A DNA stretch of 63,994 nt, the filler included, from Dimargaris cristalligena (taxonomy: Eukaryota): NCBI GenBank assembly GCA_003614675.1. It is 10 parts of 10 records of this genome, joined end to end, with 100 filler letters (N's around TTAATTAATTAA, not from the genome) between each part and the next. Parts side by side here need not be neighbours in the genome. Positions count along the whole stretch, not along the records: positions 32,216 to 38,543 come from ML003534.1; positions 38,644 to 44,957 come from ML003535.1; positions 45,058 to 51,366 come from ML003536.1; 7 more parts are not named here. One strand, 5' to 3'. A program made the translations under genes and the position numbers. Shown piece by piece: positions 32,216-45,260 of this stretch; position 1 is the stretch's first letter, and each line of letters starts with the position of its first letter. The notes under the pieces are model-generated. The model saw nothing but the letters and a program-made list of their open reading frames with translations, had not been told where the DNA came from and made no database searches.

Positions 32216-34836
32216 CCCCAACTGTTCATTATATAATACAGTACTCGAGATACACTCGATAACGAGAACATGTATATTAATTAAGAATGAGTAGAAAGAA
32301 ACGAACACACAGCGTACGCACATTACGATGCGGCGGCTCTACAGGCCTGTTAGCCTCCGGATTAAATCAGCCCACAATAACAGGCAGATTTAGCGAATAA
32401 AAGGTGAGGCGAGTTGTGCCATACATATCATTTGTTTGCTTCTACGTCCTTGGAACTCTTTATAAGGGCCGGTAAAATAAAATACTGCGTATACCAATTA
32501 AAGCAAGAAACAGGACCGGTCCAAGTAAACGTATTAATAAATGCCAAGAACTAAGATAACTGTAAGGTGGCCCCACTATTAGGTGCGATTTTGGCATTGG
32601 TGCCAGTGTCCCTAGCAGGAGTGCCCAGGTTTGGGGGACTTGTAAGGGATATAAGCCCTACAAGGGGGCGGTAATAGAATACCAGTACCAGGAAATAAAG
32701 AGTGACCCTACTCCTCCGAGGTATCGCCATTTATCCTTACCGCTCATTCCTATAACATATACTATTTGAAGTACTAAAGCATCAGCATAAGCATCACTTG
32801 ACAAGCGGGCTTTGATGTATAGCTAGTGTTACGTTTGGTCGAGGTGGACTAGTATTTAAGGGAGCCGAGTAGGGCATGAGGTTTTTAAGATATATATGAT
32901 TATTTTATTAGAACATAAAGAACCCATATTATGACGAGTTAACCCTTATTTTATACTCTGGGCACGTTAGTATTGATGGTAAGTCTTGTAACTGTTCGCT
33001 CCCCGCTTGGCGGTGCACTCTCACTGAGGGAGTCAGGAGACCCCTCTGGTTCAGGAGGACTGATTCCCTCTGATGGTTGCACTAGGAAGATTATAGAAAT
33101 ACGTGCAATTGACCAACCGCTTTCTAGCGTCTAATACGAGAAATAAGTGGGCGGGTTGTGTAGCAACCGCGTGTACTACTGTTAAACTGTGCCATTAAAT
33201 ATGGGAACCAGTCATCATAATTGGCAAAGGTACTCGCTATTTCTAACTTTATTGTCGGGTAAGAATTTGCCAAATTCCTATTCAACCGAATTCCCCACTA
33301 ATCAATAGGATATAATAATGAATCCATAAAGCTCGTCACCATGGCGATTATTCTTAAACTACAAAGACCTTGCCCGAATAGCAAATTTTAACGACCAAAT
33401 TTGCCAAGAATTTATTTATTGGGTGGACATTTTCCTCGCCAAGGGGGCCAACTATCCATCTATGTGTTAAAAGCCCTACTACTGCCCTATACCCCTGAAC
33501 ATAGCTGGTATGCCAATACCCTAGTATTGTTAAAATTGGGCCAATCAGTATTTTTTACATGATCACATAGTTTCTAGCATGACTTCACTACCACTATTAG
33601 GCCTTAGATTTCCTGTAAGTTGCGTGGCCCTACTGCACGACTGACGGTTAGTGATTATCCATATCCAGGGATACCCTCTGGTTTGCTGAGAATGTCGATG
33701 GATCTTCGTTTGGAAACCCCAATCAGTGCATACTGCTCGAATATCGAGCTAATTGACTACGTCTGAGGAGTCGCCTGATTCGATAGTATGATCGCATATT
33801 AAACCTCTCTTTGAAACGGCCGGGCCTATGGTAAGGGCATTGGCTCCCCGTATATGGATGGTTACTAGAGTCTCTACACTTTTCCGTATAAGATTTACTA
33901 AGTGAAGCATGTATCAAGACATGGCATTTAGACGTCGAGCGGGGTGTAAAGCATCGGGCAAAAAGCCATAGAGACTATCAATGATTTGCATGCTAGTGTA
34001 TCGAATCATAAAGTGCACTTTTAAGGGATTGTCGCGGCATCCACCTATGCACATTGAAGTATCTTAAATACATTGGTCCTAATTGTTAACAGGCTTTGGC
34101 GATCCCACTCGTTACATCGACTGTGATATTAGCTAACGAAAAGTTGGACCACTCACTTGCTTAAAACAGCGAATTAGGAATAATAGAGATCGATTGGGTA
34201 ACCGCAGGTGGAACCGACACCCTTGGTAAGCACAGGGTCAAATTCGAGGAGAAAGGGCATAGGGTAGGTAATCGAGTACATTACGGTTTTCTCAGGGACC
34301 TGGAAGGTGTGAATAAGAATGTTGCCAGCTTCAAAATCAAGCACATGGACAGTCAAAAGACATTATGTCTCTTTAACTAACGAGAAAAGCCGACCTGTTG
34401 TTGAAAAGGGTATTTATTTACTTAATGACGCTAGGCAAGGATTTTCAATACAGCCCTGCCCTGGCGAAATCAAATCTTGCCCTGCTTAACTAACGACGAA
34501 TGGGATGGAAGAGATAACCAAGATTGTCCGCCGCAGATGACATAGGCTACAGCCAACCCAATTGGAAACTGAAAGCACATTTATATATTCACGGGTATGC
34601 GTCTTATTATAACCAACCGTTCTTTCCAGTTTGGGCTGCTAGTGTGGAGCAGAAACCTTACCATTCTATATATAGATAGATATGGATATATATCACACTC
34701 TACTCGCCATTATCTTGATACCTACAGCCGCCTAATTCTATAATCTTTATCTATACCCATTAATGTACCCTTTTATATTACCCACCTTTATAATCATTAA
34801 TTCTGTAATCATTTTGACTATATCTTACGCAACACT

Positions 34837-37407
34837 ATGTTGTCAGTTATTGGGTGCCTAGCTTTATTATCATACTTGGTCGTTCTGGCAATCAGTCTAG
34901 CACACGGCCAGACCGATAGCAACGTTAAGGGAATTGATCTTATCCCTAACAGCTACATCGTTCAATTCCCAGGAGACCCGGGAACCTCCGGCGGGAACAA
35001 GGGCGCTGGCACATTTCACAAGCAAATGCAAGCGCTTAATGTGCCCTACACTATTACCAGCAACTATTCGACTTTATTTAACGCCGCCGCTCTGCAAATG
35101 GATGACCAATATCTGGATAGCGTGGTCAGTCTAGCGAACAACAAGGGGACGTGGCCCCAGCGGGTGATAGCCGTGAACAGCCAGACCGACTACTCCAGCA
35201 AATATTTTACCTTGCCGCCCAAGAAGCAGCTGGCCCACGCGTACACCGGAGTAGAGCGCGTCCACTCCGAGCTGGGCCTATCGGGGAAGAACATCAAGAT
35301 TGGGTTCTTGGATTCCGGGCTCGACTACACCCACCCGGCCTTTGGGGGTTGTTTCGGACCCGGTTGCCGAGTTCAATTCGGGTTCGATTTTGTCGGCGAT
35401 AATTACACCGGTTATAACGTCCCGCAACCCGATGATGATCCCATGGATCCCTGCAATGTCCATGGTACCCACGTCGCCGGCATCGCGACCGGTAACCATG
35501 GCGAATTTCAAGGAGTGGCCCCCCACGCCGTTATCGGAGCCTACCGAGTCATGGGCTGTAGTCTCAAGACCGATACCACGGTTCTCCTCGCCGGCTTAGA
35601 AAAGGCCTACCTTGATGGTATGGATATTATCAACCTGTCCGTCGGTGCCGGTAGTGGCTGGGCCAATTCATTCGAAGCGGTGGCTGTCGAGAACGCCTTC
35701 CAACTCGGTCGGTATATCGTCACTGGGGCAGGTAATAATGGGTTTGATTCCCTATGGTCAATTACGAAACCATCAGCGAGTCCCCATAGTATCGCTGTGG
35801 GAGCAGTGGACCTACCTCAGCATTACGCTCTCTACCTAAATGTGACCACCGACCGCACCGAGACCTATGAGCGCAGCGATCAGCAGCGTTACCTAGCTCC
35901 TCTCAACCTGGTGAATGTGCCCATTATCCAGGCTAAGAGTAATACAGGCGATGACTATGCGTGTACCTCGTTGACGGGAGTTAGCGGTGCTATCGTGGTG
36001 GCACAGAAGGGCGGCAGTTGCTCCCTGATGGACATGGTCAAAAACGTCTTTAATGCCGGCGGTGTGGCCATGGTGGTGTACAACAATCGGGAGGGTGACT
36101 TGGGCCCGCTTTTGTACACGGAAAACATCGCCCTGCCTTCCTTTTCGCTGCTCCGGTCCGCTGGTTTAAAGCTAGTGGCCCAATTGGCCAAAGGCGGCTC
36201 TCCTAAAGGCACTGTCAAGAACGACGCCCTCGTTTTCGATAGCGGGTTCGCTCAACCCAGGGTATCCGTATTTTCAGCCTGGGGCCCCTCCCCGGATGGC
36301 AATCTCAAGCCCGATATTGTAGCCCCCGGCAGCGGGATCTATTCCACCATTCCCCAGAGTATGGGTTCGTATGGCGTCGGCGACGGCACCTCCATGGCTG
36401 CTCCCTATATCTCTGGCTCGGTCGCTTTGTTGCTGGAGGCCAACCGCGTCTCTACCAACTGGGATGTTTACTGCCTTCTCCTCAACACCGCCACCCCGCT
36501 GTGGAACCGTCCCAAGGTATTACAGTCTGCAGCTATGCAAGGGAGTGGATTCTTGCAACTCTACAATGCTCTCACTACCGATTTTTCCTTCAGTGCGACT
36601 TACAAGCACGAGAGCCGGTACAGCGCTGACAATAATAAGTTGGTGTCCCGATCACTGACCGTGCGGAATTTAGGTTCCTCTGGCGTTACCTACAACTTCG
36701 AATATCTACCGGCACTCTCGGTTTCTGGCTTTGACAAGCAGAAAGTAGCCGTCTATCCACCCCGTACTAGTCAAGTGGCTGGCGACGCCTATTTCATATT
36801 CGACAGCATCAAATTGGCGGCCAAGAAAACCGCCAAGAACAGCATCACGATTGATTTATCGGCCATTCGGGCCAGTGATTTCATGGTGCACAGTGGCTAC
36901 GTGAATGCCTACCCTGCCGACGGCAAGGGCTACAACCTAACATATCCTATTGTTGGCTTTGCCTACCCCTCGTCCACCATTCCGCTGTTGAGCCCCCAGT
37001 ACGGCGGCCTCAAACTACCCTGTACCATGCGTAAATCCAACGGAAAATGCCTGACGGGTACCAACACCTACACCTTCGTTGGGGATGATGTTCCCGTTAT
37101 CCGCTTCCACCTGCAGCATCCAGTGCGCCGACTCCGTATCCGGGTGGCTTTCAGCCAGACGCCCACCAAGCCGCACGCCGTCGTTACCGAAAATCACTTC
37201 ATGTGGATGAGCAAGAACTTGTCCGACGACGACCAACTTTACTATGAATACGTCTGGCGGGGCCGTGCCTATTATTCTAGCTCACCTAACAAAATCATCG
37301 ACCTGCCCAACAAAGATTACGTCCTAACGCTGGAGTTCTATGCCACCTGTCCCGAGGATCCGCCCATCCGTTATGTGTCAAGTGTAATCCGTGTCGCTCG
37401 CAAGTGA
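34837..37407 (+). CDS. Secreted subtilisin-like S8 serine protease with I9 propeptide, PA insert and Fn3-like C-terminal domain
   Basis: Signal peptide; I9-like YIVQF; catalytic triad FLDSGLDYTHP / HGTHVAGI / GTSMAAP; oxyanion AGNNG; PA segment IVVAQKGGSCS...AGGVAMVVYNN; KPDIVAPG. Intronless. Confidence 0.96.
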   Translation: MLSVIGCLALLSYLVVLAISLAHGQTDSNVKGIDLIPNSYIVQFPGDPGTSGGNKGAGTFHKQMQALNVPYTITSNYSTLFNAAALQMDDQYLDSVVSLANNKGTWPQRVIAVNSQTDYSSKYFTLPPKKQLAHAYTGVERVHSELGLSGKNIKIGFLDSGLDYTHPAFGGCFGPGCRVQFGFDFVGDNYTGYNVPQPDDDPMDPCNVHGTHVAGIATGNHGEFQGVAPHAVIGAYRVMGCSLKTDTTVLLAGLEKAYLDGMDIINLSVGAGSGWANSFEAVAVENAFQLGRYIVTGAGNNGFDSLWSITKPSASPHSIAVGAVDLPQHYALYLNVTTDRTETYERSDQQRYLAPLNLVNVPIIQAKSNTGDDYACTSLTGVSGAIVVAQKGGSCSLMDMVKNVFNAGGVAMVVYNNREGDLGPLLYTENIALPSFSLLRSAGLKLVAQLAKGGSPKGTVKNDALVFDSGFAQPRVSVFSAWGPSPDGNLKPDIVAPGSGIYSTIPQSMGSYGVGDGTSMAAPYISGSVALLLEANRVSTNWDVYCLLLNTATPLWNRPKVLQSAAMQGSGFLQLYNALTTDFSFSATYKHESRYSADNNKLVSRSLTVRNLGSSGVTYNFEYLPALSVSGFDKQKVAVYPPRTSQVAGDAYFIFDSIKLAAKKTAKNSITIDLSAIRASDFMVHSGYVNAYPADGKGYNLTYPIVGFAYPSSTIPLLSPQYGGLKLPCTMRKSNGKCLTGTNTYTFVGDDVPVIRFHLQHPVRRLRIRVAFSQTPTKPHAVVTENHFMWMSKNLSDDDQLYYEYVWRGRAYYSSSPNKIIDLPNKDYVLTLEFYATCPEDPPIRYVSSVIRVARK

Positions 37408-38000
37408 GTCGGTAGTTTCGCCTTTGGCTTGGCTTGACCTGGACAGGATTAGAGCTTACCAGAGGTTTCCCCGAGTAGATATTATTATAGTGGTTAATAA
37501 ACCGTGGGGCCATCGGCATTGTTATGCTCGGCTGGACCAGCGCTACTTCATACCATGTTTTGTCTGCAGTATTGACTACAGGATGCTTAATACAGCCATT
37601 AATACTCGGGTAGATTTTCTCATATAAGGGAGGGGTTTGATTTTACAAACTGGCGCAATGAATTTCGGGCTATACCAAATGAGTGCCTCTGTATTTATAC
37701 TACTGTAAAAGCGACCTTCCACTTCCCCTGCTCTATATCATCATAAAACCCCCGAGCTTCAAGGTGAGTGGATCAAATGATTTTACCCCATACAGCGCAC
37801 TCAATAGCCAGAAACAGATAGACCGGCGCAGCATAGTAGTGATTCACTTACAAGTTGGGGTCATTTATTTCTCTCTTTACTTATACCTTCCCACTCTTCT
37901 ATTTCGAGGGCATTGCTAATTCAAGTAGACGTCTGTCCCCACCTGCTTCTCCGTACGTTACGCCAGTGCCACCTGCCTTCAACACATTTGCATTCGAGAC

Positions 38001-38543
38001 ATGTCAGAAAACCCAATCCCAACCGACTCCACGCCACCAACCCGCGGTGGCTCCGATCCATCCCCTGAATCTAACCGCTGGCGCCATTACTTTTCGGAAC
38101 TCACTGGAATGGGAAAACCCGCCCCATTAACGGAAGAGGAAAGGCTGGCTAAGCTTTCGCAAAAAGAGCAGAAACAAATGCAAAAGTGCATCGAATGGCG
38201 GGATAGCCTGATGCGAAATAGTAAGTAACGGGTTCACTTTTATAACGATAGTATATACCCATATCCGCATCCGTACGCCATATATAGATGGCCCCCGCCC
38301 ATATCCACCAAGTTGGTTTTTCCGAACCCACTACCTAATCTAACCGCTTCGATATTTATCCATTTTAATCGCATTTTCCTTGTACCATTCGTCTCCGCTC
38401 CAACCCGCCTGCTGCCCCTAGGCCCTATTGTGCGATTTATGCTGGATGAACTCGAAAAGAATGGGTGTAAATTCTACCGTAAACACTTTGTGTGCATGCC
38501 CTGCGGTGCCGACCGCAGTGGCGGGTTTAACCCCCATACACTA
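38001..38543 (+). CDS. ATP23: Mitochondrial inner-membrane metalloprotease Atp23 (peptidase M76), 5' part
   Basis: Exons 38001-38220 and 38422-38543 (GTAAGT...CCTAG) give ...KCIEWRDSLMRNSPIVRFMLDELEKNGC...FVCMPCGADRSGGFNP; truncated before the HExxH motif. Confidence 0.88.
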
Positions 38544-38643
38544 NNNNNNNNNNNNNNNNNNNNNNNNNNNNNNNNNNNNNNNNNNNNTTAATTAATTAAN
38601 NNNNNNNNNNNNNNNNNNNNNNNNNNNNNNNNNNNNNNNNNNN
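38544..38643. other. Artificial contig linker
   Basis: N/TTAATTAATTAA/N, 100 nt. Confidence 0.99.
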
Positions 38644-38863
38644 TACACGCGACTCATTTTTTAAGTATTCCCCCTCCCTACTTTCCATTATTACCCCCCC
38701 CGCTCTCATTAAAAATTGGCAATACTCCTGGTAGAATAAATGTCGGTGGTTCATACTATAGACCAGCTTAGATGAAGGTCCCTTCGTTGATTTACCCTAT
38801 TTATTTGGGGAGAGGGGAAGGGCCGCTTCTGGATTCCATGAACTCTAAAACCATTTTACTTAC

Positions 38864-41214
38864 GAGATGCTGCATCGTCCCATCCAGCTTGCCATTTCTC
38901 TGCGCGGTTAAATACCATTGGTCAGGGCGAGTGGCACTGGTGGCCAGCAAATTAAGCTTCATGGAATCGATTGCCGTGGTATCTAAGTTGATTAACAAAG
39001 GGGGGTCGTTTGTAGTGGTACAATAGTAGTCGAACCGTTAGACTGGTGTAGGGACTATTGGTTTCAAACAGTTATCACCGGGAAGCAGAGTAAAAAGGAA
39101 TGCGTGTGCGCGACAATACGGAGTTTGAGTAGGAATAACGACTATCCTCTGGATTCAGCAACTTACACATATCACTATGAAGGCCCTTGCGGTTGTTGAC
39201 TAGAACGGCGTACTTGATCAGGTATTCGTAATAACTATCCCCCAAGGCCCCAAACGTGACAAAATTCGAGCCCAGTTTTCCAGAAATGCTATCCATAAAC
39301 ACCGGAACGAGGCCAGGTGCATCGGTCTCCACCCGACTAAGATACTCAATCACCTTTTGGGACTAAACTCGGACATGAAAACATAGTGGTTGACAGTATG
39401 GTTAGTATGTGCTCTAAAATGACTCAGTTCAGTAGGGAAATGTGTGGGGGGGGGGGGTGATGGTTCAATTGATATATAGTTCAATTAATGGCACTTACCT
39501 TCTCTCTGTACTTATTGTCGCCCGTAAACTCCGTCAGTTTAGCGAACTCCATTTGGTTGGAACCGATTTCAGCTAGCACTACACTTTTCCCGTTAGCGGT
39601 CATTGAGCGCGGATCCACACGGGACAGAGGAAGGCCCGTGGGGGTATTAAAGGCCACCAAGAGGATATCGCCAATCTCTACTGCTTTCTTAAGCAGGATG
39701 GGCTCGCTGGAGAGCTCATAAGCGGATAAAAGGCCACCTAAGACCCGGATACCCGTTTCAAAAAAGGATAACTCGTTGGTCTGGAGGGGTCACCGAATAC
39801 GGAGGGGGTAATAATGGAAAGTAGGGAGGGGGAATACTTAAAAAATGAGTCGCGTGTATAGTTAGAATGGTATGTGAAATACCGCACCATGCGCTATTTG
39901 TCGAATAGGTTACTCATCCAGCCCTGATAAAGCAGTAACAGAACGCCAATACAGCTCAAACTCAAGGGTGATAGGCTACTGGGACACTTTAGTAATACTG
40001 AAGTATACTAACCGCTTTATGGAAATCGATGTTGCGAATTATATCGACGGCCTCTTTAAATTCGTACTTGAGGTCCATCATCCAGAAGGTGTCCAAAACG
40101 TCAATGGGTGTGACACTCAGACTACGGACATGACAAGGTATATGGGTTAAACCAACATGGGGTATTTCATTAGATTTAATGAAATGGCCAAGCCGGAAGG
40201 ATAGAGCCATTTGGCAATATCCAAACCATTTGAGGACTAGTCTCACTTGGCCAACGCCGTTTCGCTAGCCTGGTTAAGGCTCAATTCAACAGTACGTATG
40301 CGGATTCATTTCAATGTTCCTTTGATATTCGTTTTTTCCACACAGATATTAGTGCTGAGTCTACTTACCTCCCAAAGCTAGGTTGCGAAATTTAGGCCAA
40401 ACGGACAAACACGGCGGGTCCGATACAACGCGAAACAGTGCATGTTCACATGGGTTAAGTATTAGTCACCAGGTCAGCATCAGTCTATCTTTTCCGGTTA
40501 AATAATGGATGGGATTCCCCTTATTAGATCTCACTAAATTGACAAGCCACTGTCCGCCTCCAATCGCTTAAAACGGTGTAAACGTGTGATCCCCCTCCGC
40601 ATGATCCAGGTTTCCCATCCTCGGGAGGGTCACCTAGCTGTAGTTACCCCTCCCATTGGAAGTACTCGGAGTGGCGTCGTATCCACACACACATGCCCCA
40701 GCTAAAAGCTGCGTATATTCGGAAGTGCGTCAGTGAACCCGGGGCCGTACCACTGTAAGTGTATTTTCGGCATGGCATCAGCGGTCAACCATGCCACATA
40801 CCAACTCCTCCCCTCTTGCTAGACAGGGGGGTAAATAGGAATTTTACAGAGCATTATTCACCCCTTTCTACTATACACACACACGGTCGAGTGATTGGCT
40901 CTAGGTTCTTCACCCAATTCACTCGAACCTTCATGGATCTCACTGCCGTATGTGGAACTTGGAGTGGCCTCCAAAAAAATATATACAAGAAAACCTTTGA
41001 CTTACTTGTTAGTTCCTAACCGACTCAGGGGTCGCAGTTCGTCGAAGCCGGCCGCATACTTCATATAGGCCCGCCAGGCCCGCTGGGTGGTCATGCGAAC
41101 TGCATCGCGACGACTAACATTAAGCGCCGCCGGACCTTCGGTAACGGGCTGGGCGGATAGGGAAGCCAGGCCCAGAGTGAGTAGAATAAGTCCAATTCGA
41201 GCGACACGGACCAT
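38864..41214 (-). CDS. Secreted class I alpha-1,2-mannosidase (GH47), multi-exon, 3' truncated
   Basis: Exons 41214-41006, 40377-40369 (9 nt), 40121-40013, 39780-39499, 39362-39167 and 38982-38864, all GT-AG and in frame. Motifs AWRAYMKYAAGFDELRPLS, NFGSLSVTPIDVLDT, FETGIRVLGGLLSAY, LAEIGSNQMEF, GALGDSYYEYLIK, MQHL; N-terminal signal peptide. Confidence 0.93.
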
Positions 41215-42278
41215 GATGGATAACTTCACCAATAAATAGATAAATTAATGAGAGTTGCAAGTAGTGGTTAAGAGGAGTATCTGCAATCGGGCCAGAGGAA
41301 CGACAGGAAAATATAGGGGACCGAGAGGAGTTAAAAAGACAGTCACTAGGGGGGCTGGTCACCAAAAGTCAACTGGACTTGCTTAAGTACCTCGGGCAAA
41401 TGAGGAATATATATTTCAATAGTGGTAAATGCCGAAGGAAGCGAGCAATGGGGGTTCAGGAGTAATGAAAATGACAATTGAGCCGGAGAAAGAAAATAGT
41501 TCATGTTATATTGGCAGCTCATTAATGGCCGGCGGACCCTGGGGCGGATTTTATATTGAGACAAGGGAATGTGACCTTGGGATTACAGATTAGGGATAAT
41601 CGAAGACGAGTTTAAGCAACCACTTACCTCCATAATATAGTGTAGTCCGGAATACCACAGATCCTCCCCCCCTGCCCCCTAAAACAGAAAGAAAATGGGC
41701 CCTGTCCCCACCACCACCACCACCCGTTGTTGTTCAGATACCGCCTTTATTTTGACTAATCATGCCGTATCTGTGTAGCATTGGAAAAACGGGAGGGAGG
41801 CCTCTCACATGAGATGGAAGATGTTCAGTCGACCCTCTTTTCACCTGTCCACTTTCCCACCTATAGGAATGCCCCTAAGAGCTGAAAAGGGGCTAGCCAT
41901 GAACAGTCCTGAGGTCATTCTTTTCCAGTCTTATGAGTACTGGAATCAGCCTGTTGGTTACTGTTCTGAAGGGAGGGATGGGCGTATGGGATCGACCACC
42001 GTCCCTTGCTGCTGGACGAGTCGTTGGAACCGGGAAGGATAGCTTGGGCAAATAGGATTTGGGTATGCAAGGTGGGGGGGAATTGACAGGCAAAGGCTTC
42101 ATTTGCATCGGTCCATTAAATATAAATCACCGGATAGGCTTAATGGGCGAATCAGGTGACCTTGGCGCCCAGAGCCTTTAGGCTGCTTGCCTACATTGGG
42201 GGGTGAATTGGTGTGTGTGTGGGTTGAGGGCTACCGGTACGGCTGGACTCATAGCAGATTATGCACATTTCATGATTA

Positions 42279-42298
42279 TGTATATATATATATATATA
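42279..42298. repeat. (TA)n microsatellite
   Basis: Direct reading. Confidence 0.8.
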
Positions 42299-44906
42299 AT
42301 ATAAACACCTTGCCCACTGAGTCACTGTTGAAGTAAAAATGCCGGAAACGAACTGTCATGTTTGCATTGCCCCTGGGCAAGGGTGATTCTCCTGAATCCC
42401 AATACTGTCGGTAGAAACTCCCGAATGTTCAAACAAATGGTGACCTGGATGAGACGACATTGCCTTCACAGTCATCCGAAAAAGCAACCCTTCCCCTTCT
42501 CTTCCGTTTCCTCTCCCACTAGTGGAAATGCACCATAATTACCCTGGCAACTTTTCCCCGAGATGGTAGTATAGATAACCCCTGTCCGATAATCAAACCA
42601 AACCAAACCATGTCTTTCTGTATGGCGGTAACTAAGTCACAAAAAAGGCTGACATCTTCCACCTCATCCCCACAACATGTCTACCCCCGACCGTACCTCA
42701 AATCCAAATGTCTTAATTCTTCTACCATGACCATTAGGCCAAACTTCACTGGGTAATAATTATCTAACAACAGCTGGTTTAATTAAAATGATTATGGTAG
42801 CAATAATAGGCATTGCCAATATAAACCCAAAGACTATACCTTATTCGTTACAAATCCCACTGCGATACCATGCGGGTCAATACATTTGCTAAGTCGACCT
42901 TTTAATGGTATAAGCAAAGCCGGAGAATATATATTAATACAATTCCAGCACATATTATTGATACAGCTATGGACACGCCCTAATTCCGAAGGTACAGTAA
43001 TGCCTCTAAAAACCTGTAAAAGACCTGCCACGAATTCCAGTGCCTCTGTCAGGGTGCCCATTAATACCTTCAGGTACTCATACCAATAACTATAGAATGG
43101 CCGAACCGAGAGGCCTTGTCGGTATTCTGTCTGGAATGTGTGTATTACATCATGTGCTGTAACTTATCCTTTTAATAAGCCTGGCAATTTGCAAGGGACG
43201 ATCCCAGGTATTAATTATCCAGAAAACTAACTGGTACCTGTATTGCGGTCAGACCGTGCCGCATACTGTAGTTTCCGGATGCCCAGCTTCTCATTGGCCC
43301 ATTTCCCCGTTCCTCCATAGTTCCACCAAACCATCCTAGGATAATGGGTGTGGAGAAAGTCTATTTAAAATTAAGGTGGTCTAGCCATATAACGACAAGC
43401 CCGTTGGCCAGACTAGACTAGACAACCAGTTAAGGAAAACCTCCCACTGATTTTTTCCTTTTGTATTTCACCCAAGGTCGTATACAGCTGTGCCGAAAAT
43501 ATCCCTTGCAAACCGGCAAAGGGTATATTAGTCTGTGTTGTTCAGTATATCTCACACCACTTCCAATGGAACGTGTGATACATTATACCAGTGCTATAGG
43601 TATGCTCGACCATCAGTCAAGGACAGGGTTCTTATCACGTTGTAATATACCGAGTGTCCGAATATGTACGCACGATTCGGTCCGTAACCACGGGTACTCC
43701 CCGTAATTGGCTGACAAACAATGGCCGTTCGATCTGAGAGATCGCATGAGAGTGTGGGGTGGGTATGGGCGATTGTTCAAGGTCCCCAGGGTCAATGAAG
43801 CCAGTATGTCATGTACCGTGTGAGTTGATCACTTCTGACTTATTTGCTATTATTAGCAGCTGGCTTTGACATATCCTCTATTCATTCATTTATCCACCAT
43901 TGTTTCTGGCGATACATGGCTTGACCCCTTCCCTTCCTCTGCCGAATTCCCCCAATCGGACGGACATTGCACCATTCGAATCAGAGCGGGACAATGCCAA
44001 ATAGTAACAACAACATGTTGTATCATTAGTGGTTGCAGGACTACGGATTCTACTTCACCTTTTCCGCTTCACTGATCTGTCACCCTCTGTTCCCCGGCAT
44101 TAATCAAGTACTGTTGGTTATGGAACAAAAAGGCACCTAGACCGAACAATCTCAGTCACCTAAAAATCAAAGCACGCCATGAAAAACACGAGCCCAACTG
44201 CCATTTTCCAATCTATCCGCCTGGTTGTCGGGGATGATTAAGCTCCGTTACAGTGGGAAGCAGGGTTGCCCATGGCTTTATGGTTCGGCGGACCTTCACG
44301 TATGTACCCAACATGCCAACAATAGCCCAACATTTATGTGATACGGCAGTAGGGTGAGGTGGTGGATAATAATGATGATATACACACAAGACGGATGGAA
44401 TGCGGGGGAAACAGCACAGTCAGTGGCACAATAAATATTGAAGTCACGTGGACCAGCCGGCTGCAAGGCGACAATCCCGCGCGGCGACTCCCACCAACAA
44501 TGGGCCGCCCTTACGGGCGGATGGACTTCCCCATTGCGGAGCTGAGCTGAACGAATTGGCTAGCCCGGTTGGAAGTGATCTACAAGAGTAATAAGTCAAG
44601 TGAGAGCCACTATTTGGTAACGGGAATATAAAAACCCCGAACCTGCTTGACCCCATACTGTTCGTCTCCCTCTCTCCTCTCTGTATCATTCATTTAACCC
44701 TCCTTAATATTGCCCCTCCCCTCTCCCTTTCTTCGACTTGTACTTGCCTACTTCTCACCTACTTTCCTTCCCCCTCACCTTCCGTGTCTATATATATATA
44801 TATTTATTTCGCCTTCATCTACCCCGTCCGCCATTCGCATCTCGGACCAGCTTACCCCTCCTACTCCAGCTTCCATAACCAACCCCTCCCATCGCTCCTC
44901 ATCACC

Positions 44907-44957
44907 ATGTGCGGCATCTTCGGTTACCTGAACTACCTGGTCGACGTTGACCGGAAG
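44907..44957 (+). CDS. GFA1: Glutamine:fructose-6-phosphate amidotransferase, N-terminus only
   Basis: caccATG then MCGIFGYLNYLVDVDRK, the diagnostic eukaryotic GFAT start with the catalytic Cys after Met1; truncated by contig end. Confidence 0.9.
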
Positions 44958-45057
44958 NNNNNNNNNNNNNNNNNNNNNNNNNNNNNNNNNNNNNNNNNNN
45001 NTTAATTAATTAANNNNNNNNNNNNNNNNNNNNNNNNNNNNNNNNNNNNNNNNNNNN
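44958..45057. other. Artificial contig linker
   Basis: N/TTAATTAATTAA/N, 100 nt. Confidence 0.99.
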
Positions 45058-45155
45058 ACTACTAATAATCAAGCATGAATGTGCATATCCAATCATAGGG
45101 AAAGCATGCATCTACTAATAGAAATATAAATAAAATCAAAGGAAAAATTCATGTG

Positions 45156-45221
45156 GAAAGAATGGGTTAAAAGTGAAGGGAAAAAAACTGGATATACCAG
45201 ATAAAAAAGCCACTTCATACC
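45156..45221. repeat. Left arm of an inverted repeat pair near both ends of contig 8
   Basis: GAAAGAATGGGTTAAAAGTGAAGGGAAAAAAACTGGATATACCAGA...CCACTTCATACC matches the reverse complement of 51059-51123. Confidence 0.85.
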
Positions 45222-45260
45222 TTATATATAAATATAATAATCAAATAGTAATAACTCATA

